A stretch of DNA of 32,000 nt from Candidatus Methylomirabilis oxygeniifera (GCA_000091165.1 FP565575.1:870001-902000), one strand, 5' to 3'. Counted from the first letter of the stretch, positions 15,953 to 26,227 are shown. The notes: generated by a model from the letters alone, not told the origin. Numbers and translations are program-made.

Positions 15953-16951
15953 ATGCCGCAGCTCCGTAAGGATCCGATCACTTCGCGATGGGTGATTATT
16001 TCGACAGAGCGAGGGAAGCGCCCCCTGGACTTTCCCGCTGCGCCGCCGCCGAGGCAAGTAGGATTTTGCCCGTTCTGCCCGGGCAATGAGGACAAAACGC
16101 CTCCTGAGATCATGGCCTATCGGAACAACGGGAACGTGTCGGATCGCAAGGGATGGAGCCTTCGTGTTGTACCGAACAAGTTTCCCGCGCTCCAGATCGA
16201 GGGAGAACTGGATCGGGCGGGCGAAGGAATCTACGACAAGATGCACGGATTAGGGGCTCACGAGGTCATCATCGAGTCTCCTAACCACAATGACATCCTC
16301 TCCGCTATGCCGGAGGAACGGGTAGAGGCTGTGTTGTGGGCCTACCGGGATCGGATACTCGATCTGAAAAAAGACGACCGGTTCCAGTATATTTTGATCT
16401 TCAAGAACCACGGTGAGCAAGCGGGCGCCTCCTTGGAACACCCTCATTCTCAGCTCATTGCGACCCCTATCGTTCCGAAGCGGGCGAGAGAAGAGGTGGA
16501 TGGCGCCAAGGCCTACTTTGATTACAAGGATCGGTGCATCTTCTGCGATATGGTCCGCCAGGAACTGCAGCAAGAGTTGAGGGTTATCACGCAGAATGAT
16601 GAGTTTGTCGCGATCGCGCCCTTTGCGTCGCGCTTTCCGTTCGAAACCTGGATCCTTCCCAGGAGTCATGAACCGTTCTTCGAGGATGCGCAGAAGCACG
16701 ACATGGTAAGCTGCGCCAGGATCTTGAAGGAGGTTCTTGGTAGAATGAATCAGGTTCTCATCAACCCGGCCTACAATTACCTGATTCACAGTCTGCCGCT
16801 CCAGGATACTGAGGTCGGTCATTACCACTGGCATATTGAGATTATGCCGACCCTCGTTAGAGTGGCTGGCTTCGAGTGGGGGACCGGTTTTTACATTAAT
16901 CCTGTCCTGCCGGAGGATGCAGCAAAATATCTTCGGGAGGCACGGCTATAG
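15953..16951 (+). CDS. galT: Galactose-1-phosphate uridylyltransferase-like (HIT superfamily, GalT branch) nucleotidyltransferase
   Basis: It has the zinc motif CPFCPGNE and the active-site HPHSQLIA (His-x-His-x-Gln). An AAAGGAGGA RBS is present. Confidence 0.75.
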   Translation: MPQLRKDPITSRWVIISTERGKRPLDFPAAPPPRQVGFCPFCPGNEDKTPPEIMAYRNNGNVSDRKGWSLRVVPNKFPALQIEGELDRAGEGIYDKMHGLGAHEVIIESPNHNDILSAMPEERVEAVLWAYRDRILDLKKDDRFQYILIFKNHGEQAGASLEHPHSQLIATPIVPKRAREEVDGAKAYFDYKDRCIFCDMVRQELQQELRVITQNDEFVAIAPFASRFPFETWILPRSHEPFFEDAQKHDMVSCARILKEVLGRMNQVLINPAYNYLIHSLPLQDTEVGHYHWHIEIMPTLVRVAGFEWGTGFYINPVLPEDAAKYLREARL

Positions 16952-16962
16952 GTGCCTAATAA

Positions 16963-17559
<597 letters not shown>

Positions 17560-17644
17560 GGGGACGCGGTAACGGAAAAGTCTACGGTTTCATGAACGGT
17601 TCAACGGCGAATTGTTCGACCCAAGAAGGAGGAAAGGCAGTCCT

Positions 17645-19059
17645 ATGACACCGAAGGATGTCATCAAGCTGGCGAACGAGCAAGGCGCGAAGATCGTGGA
17701 CTTCAGGTTCATCGATCTGCCTGGTCTGTGGCAGCATTTTTCCATGTCCGGTCGAGAATTGACGGAAGGGTTGTTTGCGGACGGAATCGGATTTGACGGC
17801 TCTTCCATTCGAGGTTTCCAGCAGATTCACGAATCGGACATGCTCCTAATTCCTGATCCTGCGACGGCGATGATGGACCCTTCGCGGCCGTTCCTACGCT
17901 GGTCTTGATCTGTAATATCATGGATCCGGTGACACGGCAGCTCTACAGTCGAGACCCGCGGTATATTGCGCAGAAGGCTGAGGCGTATCTGATGTCAACC
18001 GCGCTTGCGGATACCGCCTACTTCGGGCCTGAGTTGGAGTTTTTCGTCTTCGACGACGTTCGGTTCGATCAGAGCTACCAGCACGGCTACTACTTCATCG
18101 ACTCGGAGGAAGGATTCTGGAACGCCGGGAAGGATGAAAAACCGAATCTGGCCTATAAGCCTCGCTATAAGCAGGGCTACTTCCCCGTACCGCCGATGGA
18201 CAAGCTCCAGGATCTCCGCTCGGAGATGATGCTGGCGCTGGAGTCCGTTGGCGTTGAGATCGAGGTTCACCATCACGAGGTTGCGACGGCCGGCCAGTGC
18301 GAGATCGACATGCGGTTCGATACGCTGACCAGGATGGCGGACAAGGTGCAGTGGTACAAGTACTGCGTGAAGAACACCGCTCGCAAGCACGGCAAGACCG
18401 TCACCTTCATGCCGAAGCCGATATTCCAGGACAACGGCTCAGGCATGCACGTTCACCAGAGCCTCTGGAGGGGCGGTAAGAATACCTTCTGGGAGCTGGG
18501 GGGGTACGGGGATCTGTCCGCGACGGCCCGCTACTACATCGGTGGGTTGCTGAAGCATGCGCCTGCGCTCTGCGCCTTCATCGCCCCAACCACGAATTCG
18601 TACCGACGGCTTGTGCCCGGCTATGAGGCGCCGATCAATCTTGTGTACAGCCAACGTAACCGATCCGCCGCCGCCCGGATTCCTCTCTATTCAAAGAGCG
18701 AAAAAGCCAAGCGGATTGAGTTCCGAACGCCCGACCCAAGTTGCAACGCCTATCTGGCCTTCGGCGCGCTACTGATGGCGGGGATTGACGGCATTCAGAA
18801 CAAGATCGACCCGGGTCAGCCGATCGACAAAGACCTGTATGAGCTCGAGCCGGAAGAGGCGATGGAGATCAAGCAGTTGCCCGGTAGTTTGGGCGAAGTC
18901 CTGGACGCCCTGGAAGCCGATCACGAGTTCCTTCTGAAGGGCGATGTCTTTACGCCTGACCTCATTGATACCTGGATCGACTACAAGCGGAAGAATGAGG
19001 TCGATCCGATCCGCCTTCGCCCCCACCCGTGGGAGTTCGCTCTCTACTTCGACATCTAA
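17645..19059 (+). pseudogene. glnA: Glutamine synthetase type I, interrupted by a single-nucleotide frameshift near 17879-17881
   Basis: The N-terminal piece (17645-17908) ends ...[13 protein letters not shown], then runs out of frame to a TGA. The other frame continues [30 protein letters not shown]... through 19059 with all GSI motifs. The total span of 1415 nt is 3n+2, which is consistent with one missing base. An AAGGAGGA RBS precedes ATG 17645. Confidence 0.85.
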
Positions 19060-19082
19060 TCTCTCTGTGGTTGTAGTTGTGC

Positions 19083-19122
19083 AAACGGTCCTGGATGGTT
19101 CATCCAGGACCGTTTTACTTTT
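19083..19122 (+). terminator. Intrinsic terminator after glnA
   Basis: The stem pairs AACGGTCCTGGATG with CATCCAGGACCGTT and is followed by TTTACTTTT. Confidence 0.7.
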
Positions 19123-19263
19123 CCCTGATCCAAGAACATGTCTGTGGTTTTTATCCCTGACCTTCTGACCCAACTTGTGGGGCCTGGACTCGTCATGATA
19201 CTATTCACTCGTTGGTAACATAGCCGGTATCGGTCGTGGAATGGAGACATGAGGAGGGACGCA

Positions 19264-19689
19264 ATGAAGCGTGTGGGTACGTGGGCAGTTCTCATCGCAT
19301 GGGGTGTTGCGGTCACGAGCTGTGCGACAACAGAGCAGCCCGGCTACTTCGCTTATCCGCAGCGCGGACAGACGCCGGAGCAGATCAGCCGCGATCAGCT
19401 TGAGTGCCAGGAATGGGCGAAGCAGCAGACCGGATATGTCTCCGGTGCGGGGGAGACCGCCAGGGGTGCCGGCGTCGGCGCGGCGATGGGCGCACTCGCC
19501 GGCGCGGCGATAGGGGTGGTTGGCGGGGCGGTGACGGGTAGCCCAGGTACGGGCGCGGCCGTTGGGGCGGCCACCGGTGCGGTTGGCGGCGCGTTGTCCG
19601 GTGGGGGTACTGCGTACGGGAAGAGCCAGGACGGATTCGATCGGGCCTACGCTGCTTGCATGAGCGCGCGCGGGTACGTGGTGAGATAG
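19264..19689 (+). CDS. Glycine-zipper lipoprotein
   Basis: It has the lipobox VAVTSC and a long Gly/Ala zipper (GAGVGAAMGALAGAAIGVVGGAVTGSPGTGAAVGAATGAVGGALSGGG). A GGAGG RBS is present. Confidence 0.7.
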   Translation: MKRVGTWAVLIAWGVAVTSCATTEQPGYFAYPQRGQTPEQISRDQLECQEWAKQQTGYVSGAGETARGAGVGAAMGALAGAAIGVVGGAVTGSPGTGAAVGAATGAVGGALSGGGTAYGKSQDGFDRAYAACMSARGYVVR

Positions 19690-19749
19690 TCCATAATATC
19701 GCAAAAGGGAGGCGTGACCTGATATGCCTTCCGGTCTTGGGTCGTATGC

Positions 19750-19788
19750 GAGCGGAGACGGTGCTGCCGTTTCCGCTCGTCGTTTTTT
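19750..19788 (+). terminator. Intrinsic terminator after lipoprotein gene
   Basis: A 12-bp stem pairs GAGCGGAGACGG with CCGTTTCCGCTC, with loop TGCTG. GTCG and then TTTTTT follow. Confidence 0.65.
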
Positions 19789-19815
19789 AGGCAGTCAGTC
19801 TGTGAGGGCCATGTC

Positions 19816-22800
19816 GTGAATATACCGTTTCCACCAGGCATAGAGGCGCTGGCCGCTGCCGGCTGTCGAGACCCCGAAAAAGCCAGGCAAAACCTGCAAC
19901 GCCTGGCCGGGTCTTCGCCCTCACACTTGACCTCTCTCCAATCGATCCTCCCACTGCTTTTGGATCGTCTGGTCAATCTCGCCGATCCCGACATGGCGCT
20001 CAATAACCTGGAGCGCTATGCTGATGCAGTAATCGACCGGGGGTTTCTCTTCCTGCTTTTCCGGGGCAGTCCGAAATCGCTCGATCTGTTGCTGACGTTG
20101 TTTGGAAGTTCGCAGTATCTCTCCGACGTCCTGATCCGTTACCCTCAGGACCTGCACTGGCTGCTGGAGCCCGGTATACTTCGGCGGGCGAGGTCCAAAG
20201 AGGAGCTGGTCGAAGAGTTGGACGGGCTGCTCTTTCGAGCAAGAAGTCAGCAGCGGGTATGGATGGCGCTGCGTCGATTCAAAATGCGGGAGACCTTACG
20301 GATCGGGCTTCAGGATCTGCTGAGCAACTTGGATCTGACGGGCGTGACGCAGCAACTCTCCCTGATAGCCGATGTCGCACTGCAGCGGGCGTATGAGATC
20401 TGCCGCGAGGAACTGGTGCGTCGGTACGGCGAGCCACGGTGCGTCGGACCTTCAGGCGACAAGACGTGCGGATTTACCATTATCGGGATGGGCAAGCTCG
20501 GCGGCGGGGAACTGAATTTCAGTTCGGACATCGATCTGCTGTTCGTCTACGAGGCGGAAGGGGACACGACAGGGCTGGCCGGCCCGTCTGGCGCCCTGAT
20601 AGGCAGAGTGAGCAATCACGAGTTCTTCACCAGCCTGGGGGAGAACGTGATCAAAGCGATCGGCGAATTGACATCGGAGGGGCGCGTATTCAGGGTTGAT
20701 ATGCGGCTTCGGCCTGAGGGGAAGGCGGGTCCGCTGGCCTATTCGCTTAGGGGATATGAGCTCTATTACGAATCATGGGGACAGACGTGGGAGCGCATGG
20801 CCCTGATCAAGGCAAGGCCGGTGGCCGGTGATCCGACACTGGGGGACGCATTCCTGAAACTGATTGCGCCGTTTGTCTATCGCCGGTCGCTCGACTACAG
20901 TGCCATCGGAGAGATCCGCGCCATGAAGGATCGGATCAATGCCAAGGTCGGGCGCGATCAGGAGACCTTCCGTCACGTGAAGCTGGGCTATGGAGGGATC
21001 CGCGAGGTTGAATTCATTGCGCAGACCTTCCAGCTCCTGTACGGTGCACGCGATCCGTGGATCCGCGAACCGAATACACTCCGCGCGCTACAGCGGCTGG
21101 CTGATCGCGGGCATGTCACCGCCGATGAGCACGCCACATTAGCGGCGGCCTATACGTTCCTGCGCACGGTGGAGCATCGCCTGCAGATCCTCCATTACTT
21201 GCAGACCCATACCATGCCGACGGACCAGGAGAGTCTCGTCAAACTGGCTCGGCGCCTCGGTTACTCCCCCGATCGGTCGCCCGACCCTGTGTTGGCCTTA
21301 CAGCAGGATTATCAAGCGCATATCCAGGGGGTCCGACAGGCCTACGACCACCTGCTGAGGGAGCCGCCTTCAGGAGAGGAAGAGATTCCATCCCACCCTC
21401 TCGCCGACTTTCTGGACGGGCGAGCAGATGAAAGGGTAGTGCGTGAGCCCTTGGCGGCAGCGGGCGTCCTGGATCTTGATGGCGCAGTCCGTACGTTGCT
21501 GGTATTACGCGACGGCCCCCCCTTCAGGCACACGACAGCCGGCACGCGGCGGATTCTCGCTGCCCTGGCCCCGACGCTGATGGAGGGTGTGATGCAGGCG
21601 CCGGATCCTGACCTGGCCCTCCTCCAATGCGAACGGTTTATCGAGGGGGTCGGTTCCAGTGCCGGCCTCTACGACCTTTTCAAGCAGGCGCCGATCACGC
21701 TGGTCCACCTGATGCGGCTGTTCGGCTCAAGCGAGTTTCTCTCACAGATACTGATTCGGCATCCCGCGCTTGTCGATCTGCTGCTCCTACCCGATCAGGT
21801 CGAACTCGGTCATTCCGGCAAGCTGGTTGAGGCATGTCTGAGCATGGTGGCCGCTGAACCGCCGGGGAGCCCCAGACTGGATGCGTTACGGCGGTTTAAA
21901 CAGGCCGAAGAGTTTCGAATAGGTGTGCTGGACTTGCTCGGTGAGGCCGGTCTGAGCGATGTGAGCAGCGCTTTGACACGTCTTGCGGAGGCTTGTGTCG
22001 AGACCGCCTGCTGGTTGGGTCGGGAAGACCTGAGATTGCAATATGGCCTGCCATCCTCAGGCGGGTTCGTGGTGTTGGGTCTGGGCAAATGCGGCGCCGA
22101 GGAGATGGGGTATGGATCCGACCTTGATCTCGCCTTTGCCTACGCGCAAGAAGGTGTAACGACAGGCGGGTCCCAGCACATAAGCTATGCCGACTATTTT
22201 GGGCACTTAGCCGATAGGATCTGCAGGATCATGACGACCATCACCAAGGAAGGAACGGCCTATCGGGTTGACATCCGGCTGCGACCCGGCGGATCGGCGG
22301 GCAGGGTGGCGCAGTCGTTCGCGGCTTTTGAGGCTCACTTCACCCGTACAGCGGAGCTGTGGGAGCGCCAATCCTACCTGAGGGCGCGTCCCATCGCGGG
22401 CGATCTCGACATCGCGAAGCCGTTTATCGCGTCATTATCCGAGATGATCTATCGACCCACATCCGTGGAGAACCTGGCGGCGTATATGACGGCGATGCGG
22501 CGCCGAATGGAATTGGAACTGACTAAGGAGAAAACCGGTGAGCGACACGTAAAGTTGGGAAGCGGTGGGATCGTGGACATCGAGTTCATCGCCCAGTTTT
22601 TTCAGCTCGGGTACGGATCCACGCTCTCCGTCCTTCGGGTGAACAACACGCTGAAGGCCTTGGAGGCGGCGAGTAGTGCGGGTCTGCTGGCCGACATGGA
22701 TGTCGCTCAGCTTTGTGATTCCTATCGATTCCTGCGGACCGTGCAAAATCGTCTTCGGGTCGTCGCCGATCGTGAGGTCTCCGCGTTGCCACAGGATTCA

Positions 22801-22962
22801 CACCGGCTCGATCGCCTGGCACGACGTCTTGGATATCATGCAGGTGATGGTGGAACTCCAGGGGAACGATTGTTGGCTGATTACCAGCGCCACACCGGGC
22901 GAGTACGAGGGATTTACGAGGCGACCTTCCGTCGCTATAATAGCAGTGAATCCGGAAGCTGA
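19816..22962 (+). CDS. glnE: Bifunctional glutamine synthetase adenylyltransferase/adenylyl-removing enzyme
   Basis: The 1048-aa protein has two duplicated NTase halves (GMGKLGGGELNFSSDIDLLFVY and GLGKCGAEEMGYGSDLDLAFAY), each followed by a GlnE-type domain (VDMRLRPEG / VDIRLRPGG). The start is GTG behind GAGGG. Confidence 0.9.
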   Translation: MNIPFPPGIEALAAAGCRDPEKARQNLQRLAGSSPSHLTSLQSILPLLLDRLVNLADPDMALNNLERYADAVIDRGFLFLLFRGSPKSLDLLLTLFGSSQYLSDVLIRYPQDLHWLLEPGILRRARSKEELVEELDGLLFRARSQQRVWMALRRFKMRETLRIGLQDLLSNLDLTGVTQQLSLIADVALQRAYEICREELVRRYGEPRCVGPSGDKTCGFTIIGMGKLGGGELNFSSDIDLLFVYEAEGDTTGLAGPSGALIGRVSNHEFFTSLGENVIKAIGELTSEGRVFRVDMRLRPEGKAGPLAYSLRGYELYYESWGQTWERMALIKARPVAGDPTLGDAFLKLIAPFVYRRSLDYSAIGEIRAMKDRINAKVGRDQETFRHVKLGYGGIREVEFIAQTFQLLYGARDPWIREPNTLRALQRLADRGHVTADEHATLAAAYTFLRTVEHRLQILHYLQTHTMPTDQESLVKLARRLGYSPDRSPDPVLALQQDYQAHIQGVRQAYDHLLREPPSGEEEIPSHPLADFLDGRADERVVREPLAAAGVLDLDGAVRTLLVLRDGPPFRHTTAGTRRILAALAPTLMEGVMQAPDPDLALLQCERFIEGVGSSAGLYDLFKQAPITLVHLMRLFGSSEFLSQILIRHPALVDLLLLPDQVELGHSGKLVEACLSMVAAEPPGSPRLDALRRFKQAEEFRIGVLDLLGEAGLSDVSSALTRLAEACVETACWLGREDLRLQYGLPSSGGFVVLGLGKCGAEEMGYGSDLDLAFAYAQEGVTTGGSQHISYADYFGHLADRICRIMTTITKEGTAYRVDIRLRPGGSAGRVAQSFAAFEAHFTRTAELWERQSYLRARPIAGDLDIAKPFIASLSEMIYRPTSVENLAAYMTAMRRRMELELTKEKTGERHVKLGSGGIVDIEFIAQFFQLGYGSTLSVLRVNNTLKALEAASSAGLLADMDVAQLCDSYRFLRTVQNRLRVVADREVSALPQDSHRLDRLARRLGYHAGDGGTPGERLLADYQRHTGRVRGIYEATFRRYNSSESGS

Positions 22963-23095
22963 TGCGAGGGCTGATAGTGCGCAGGAGGGATTTCCGGAAG
23001 GGGTCGCCGAAGCCATGGTCACGCCGGAAGGCCCAGAGAGTCACAGTGGAATAGAGGCAGCACATTTGAACGAACCGTCGGCATAGGGAGGGACG

Positions 23096-24001
23096 ATGAA
23101 GGTATTTGTGACTGGTGCAAATGGTTATATCGGCTTTCACGTAGCCTCGGCCTTTCGCCGTGCCGGCCATGAGGTGTGGGGATTGGTCCGCAGTGAGAAG
23201 AAGGCTCACACCATTGCTATGCACGAAATCCGCCCGGTGATCGGGAGCATGCAACATCCGGACAGTTATCGGCAGATTGCCGAGCAATGCGCTGCGCTGA
23301 TCCACGCGGCCGTAGATTACCAGGCCGATACCTTTTCACTGGACAGAAAAACCATGGAGGTGTTGCTGACCGTCGGCAAACGTGATTCCCAACCAAAGAC
23401 CGTCGTGTACACAAGTGGGACGTGGGTGTATGGCGATACTCGCGGCAAGATCGTCGATGAGGGTGTGTCCTTAAGGCCTGCGCCACTGGTGGCCGGCCGT
23501 CCTGACATCGAGCGGATAGTGCTGAGCGCGTCCGATGTGCGTGGGGTCGTTGTGCGGCCCGGTTGCGTCTATGGCCGGCAAGGGGGACTGACAGGGATGT
23601 GGTTCGATGGCCCGGACAAAGGTAAACCGATCCAGGTGATTGGCGACGGCAACAATCGCTGGGCGATGGTGCATATCGACGATCTGGCGGAGGGGTATCT
23701 GCGCGCGGCTGAGAGCGGACTTTCCGGCGAGGTTTTTAACCTCACCGATCACTCGAGCGCTACCCTGCGCGAAATGGCCGGGGCCGTCGCGCGGGCTACC
23801 GGATATACGGGGCAGACGCAATTCGTCCCGGATGACGAGGCCTCTTATACCCTTGACGGTTTTGCCGAGTGTTTGACCTTGGATCAACGTGTAGATTCCA
23901 GCAAGGCTACGCGCCTATTGGGATGGCAGCCCAAGCACCACGGCTTCATTGACGAGGTAGAGACCTATTTTCAGTCGTGGAAAGCCGCTCAGTACGCGTG
24001 A
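23096..24001 (+). CDS. NAD(P)-dependent epimerase/dehydratase family (extended/atypical SDR) protein
   Basis: It has the N-terminal Rossmann motif VTGANGYIGFHV. Length is 301 aa. A GGGAGGG RBS is present. Confidence 0.7.
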   Translation: MKVFVTGANGYIGFHVASAFRRAGHEVWGLVRSEKKAHTIAMHEIRPVIGSMQHPDSYRQIAEQCAALIHAAVDYQADTFSLDRKTMEVLLTVGKRDSQPKTVVYTSGTWVYGDTRGKIVDEGVSLRPAPLVAGRPDIERIVLSASDVRGVVVRPGCVYGRQGGLTGMWFDGPDKGKPIQVIGDGNNRWAMVHIDDLAEGYLRAAESGLSGEVFNLTDHSSATLREMAGAVARATGYTGQTQFVPDDEASYTLDGFAECLTLDQRVDSSKATRLLGWQPKHHGFIDEVETYFQSWKAAQYA

Positions 24002-24181
24002 TATTGTCTTGTTCTCCGCGCTGTCTGTTATTCGACACGGCGCGAAACACCGTTGGGCGGGTAACAGGTCCGGGTAACAGGTCAATGATTCCGGTTGGTT
24101 GACGACTTGGGGGGTATGTCTGCTCTTTCAACTGCACACGACAATTGCGGCGCATCTTTCTCAGGGATAAAGGAGGAAAAA

Positions 24182-24568
24182 TTGGTTGGGCGAATAATAG
24201 GCGCAGTGGCTGTTCTCGTATTTGTGGGAATCGTGCTTATCGCGTGGCTCGAAAACGAAAAGAGAAGGTTCGAAACGGCGATGCTGGACGCGGTCTTTAA
24301 GGTAGAGCAGGGGATACGCCAAGGACATGTTGCCGATGTCGACTTGCTGAAAGGGACTGAGAAGGTGTTCCAGGATGCCGCTCGGGCTCAGAAGCGAAAC
24401 GAGAGTTTTGATAAAGGGGCAATGTGGAGGCTTCGAGATTCGGTCTTGCGCGCGCTGGATGCGGCAGGCAACTCAGAAACGGCCATGGAAATCCGGCAGG
24501 CAATCCATAATGATCTCGCTAAGGCGAAGGCTGGACTCGACAATGTCAAACACACGAGTGCCCCGTAG
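24182..24568 (+). CDS. N-terminally membrane-anchored hypothetical protein
   Basis: The ORF is open from 24095. The best initiation context is AAAGGAGGAAAAA-TTG at 24182, giving LVGRIIGAVAVLVFVGIVLIAWLENEKRR... with a TM helix at the N-terminus. I recognised no family. Confidence 0.4.
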   Translation: MVGRIIGAVAVLVFVGIVLIAWLENEKRRFETAMLDAVFKVEQGIRQGHVADVDLLKGTEKVFQDAARAQKRNESFDKGAMWRLRDSVLRALDAAGNSETAMEIRQAIHNDLAKAKAGLDNVKHTSAP

Positions 24569-24837
24569 GCGCTGCTCGCCCCTGCGAACATCCGCGTGAT
24601 TGCCATCGTCCCAATCTCCTCGACATACATCCCAAAGGAAGGACTATAAATCGCGTCAGCGATTCTTCGTCCAAAGGACTTGTGACCTATACCTCATCCA
24701 CTCGCGAGGGTAGCGGGCGCACTGAACAATGCAGCGGCCACATGGATCCTGGACCCTCCAGTAGCGAGCATCGATCAGGCCGATTATCGCAAGAATCATC
24801 GTTGCAAATCGCGCCCATGTGGGGTACGTTGGTAGTA

Positions 24838-25281
24838 GCCGAAGTCGGTCGGATGGCCGCCGGTTCACCTCTGGTGAACGGGAGGAAAGTCCGGACTCCA
24901 CAGGGCGGGGTGCTGGGTAACGCCCAGGGAGGGTGACCTCACGGATAGTGCCACAGAAAAGATACCGCCCACGCTGCATCATCGGCCGCCAGGCTTCGCC
25001 GCAAGCGCAGCCGAGCGGCCCCGTGGGTAAGGGTGAAAAGGTGCGGTAAGAGCGCACCAGCGGCATGGCGACATGTCGGCTTGGCAAACCCCACTCGGAG
25101 CAAGGCCAAATAGGTCCCGCCGTATTATGCAGAGAGCGGCCCGCTCTCGTGCTCCTTTCGGGGCAGGCGGGACGGGTAGGCTGCTTGAGCCCGATGGTAA
25201 CGTCGGGCCTAGAGGAATGGCCATCCGGTTGGGCCGCAAGGTCCGGCCGCACAGGATCCGGCTTACAGACCGACTTCGGCC
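24838..25281 (+). ncRNA. rnpB: RNase P RNA, bacterial type A
   Basis: P1 pairs GCCGAAGTCGGTC with GACCGACTTCGGC. The universal core is present: GGGAGGAAAGTCCGGACTCCACAGGGC, GGTAACGCCCAGG, GTGCCACAGAAAA, GGTAAGGGTGAAAAGGTGCGGTAAGAGCGCACC, AGCAAGGCCAAATAGG, GGGTAGGCTGCTTGAGCC, CCTAGAGGAATGGCCATC and ACAGGATCCGGCTTACAG. Confidence 0.95.
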
Positions 25282-25377
25282 ATATTCATAGAATCACGTA
25301 GTGGTCACAGTTTTACAGGACGGTGAACGGGCGTAACAGAATCTTGGTCAGCAATCTCACACGACGAGGGCGCGGTG

Positions 25378-25485
25378 ATGTGGACACTTGATGCAGATGG
25401 TATTATTTGGGCGGTTGTGGTCGGCGTCTTAGTGATCGGATATGGCCTGTGGTGGATTGTTTTTCGAAAGATTGCTCGGAAGTAA
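25378..25485 (+). CDS. Possible 35-aa single-pass membrane peptide
   Basis: Hand translation gives MWTLDADGIIWAVVVGVLVIGYGLWWIVFRKIARK*. It has one TM helix and a basic tail, with GAGGG upstream. It is below the ORF-track cutoff. Confidence 0.3.
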   Translation: MWTLDADGIIWAVVVGVLVIGYGLWWIVFRKIARK

Positions 25486-25738
25486 GAGTCATTTTTATGG
25501 ATATCGATTGACGCTGTCGGCGCCACGGATGGTATGAGGGGCGGCCCCTCCCGTCAAAGCGGTATTAGCCTAGTTGGGCTGGAAAGCGAGAGGCGATTCG
25601 GCCCTACAGATCCGGTCTGGTAACTCTACAAGCTTGCCACGATCGGTCTGTGGCCTGGGAGACGGCGAGGAACCTTTTCATCGAAGGGGCAAGAACCTGA
25701 ATTGTGACGCTCTTCTATAAGCACTAAAGTCAGCACTA

Positions 25739-25960
25739 CTAGGGACGCCAGATCCATTTTCCATGAATCCGTTCCATTCGCCGCGCCATCATATATCCAG
25801 TCCATAGCAGTCCCCAGAAGACCCCAACACACCCCAAAAAGAAAAGCCAGTGGCCGACAAGAAACGCCGGGATCATTCCCAATACGAGGCTCACCACAGA
25901 CAGAATCGCGGCGAGTAGCCGGAAGTTTCGCTCCACGCTCAATTTTCGCTCTTCGTTCAT
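25739..25960 (-). CDS. Small (73-aa) two-TM membrane protein, unknown function
   Basis: MNEERKLSVERNFRLLAAILSVVSLVLGMIPAFLVGHWLFFLGCVGVFWGLLWTGYMMARRMERIHGKWIWRP. A strong GGGAGGTG RBS lies 9 nt before ATG 25960. The overlapping 117-aa alternative frame looks non-coding. Confidence 0.5.
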   Translation of the reverse strand: MNEERKLSVERNFRLLAAILSVVSLVLGMIPAFLVGHWLFFLGCVGVFWGLLWTGYMMARRMERIHGKWIWRP

Positions 25961-26092
25961 AACTGTAGTCACCTCCCAAAACAAACCGCGTTGACCACCA
26001 TGGCTAAGTTGGTTGTTGCAACGGAATCGGCACTCATTGGACACCGGAGGTATCTCTCAAGACGGGTAGACTTCGCAACCATTTGGAACCAT

Positions 26093-26169
26093 TGGCGTCC
26101 CCAACGGGATTCGAACCCGTGTTTCGGCCTTGAAAGGGCCGCGTCCTGGGCCGGCTAGACGATGGGGAC
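26093..26169 (-). tRNA. tRNA-Glu (anticodon UUC), CCA encoded
   Basis: The reverse complement folds as GTCCCCA TC GTCT AGCCGGCCCA GGAC G CGGCC CTTTCAA GGCCG AAAC ACGGG TTCGAAT CCCGT TGGGGAC G CCA. It closely resembles E. coli tRNA-Glu. Confidence 0.95.
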
Positions 26170-26227
26170 GCTGAGCGATAGATCGCGGCTCTTTATAGCA
26201 TAGTTCCGATTGCGTGGGAAGGGCTGG

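Noticed and set aside
17876-17884. Programmed -1 ribosomal frameshifting as the explanation for the split glnA.
   Set aside because: The site GAC CCT TCG does not form a canonical X XXY YYZ slippery heptamer, and I see no obvious downstream stimulatory pseudoknot or hairpin. A homopolymer indel, whether a sequencing error or a real mutation, is more parsimonious. It stays under findings only as a minor alternative.
24656-24800. A possible ~47-aa Cys-containing minus-strand ORF (MILAIIGLIDARYWRVQDPCGRCIVQCARYPREWMRYRSQVLWTKNR) just upstream of rnpB.
   Set aside because: It has no convincing RBS. It is the tail of the spurious ORF that runs through rnpB, and its composition is unremarkable. 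The evidence is too weak to call.
24656-25301. Several ORFs of 72-198 aa on both strands (e.g. 24656-25252 minus, 24979-25239 minus, 25065-25301 plus).
   Set aside because: They lie on top of an unmistakable type-A RNase P RNA and have low-complexity Arg/Pro/Gly-rich translations. They are artefacts of a GC-rich structured RNA gene.
25743-25751. GGGACGCCA on the plus strand, resembling the 3' end of tRNA-Glu, as a possible att duplication marking an integrated island.
   Set aside because: It is only 9 nt and in the wrong orientation relative to the minus-strand tRNA. A match of that length is expected by chance in 32 kb on two strands. No integrase is present.
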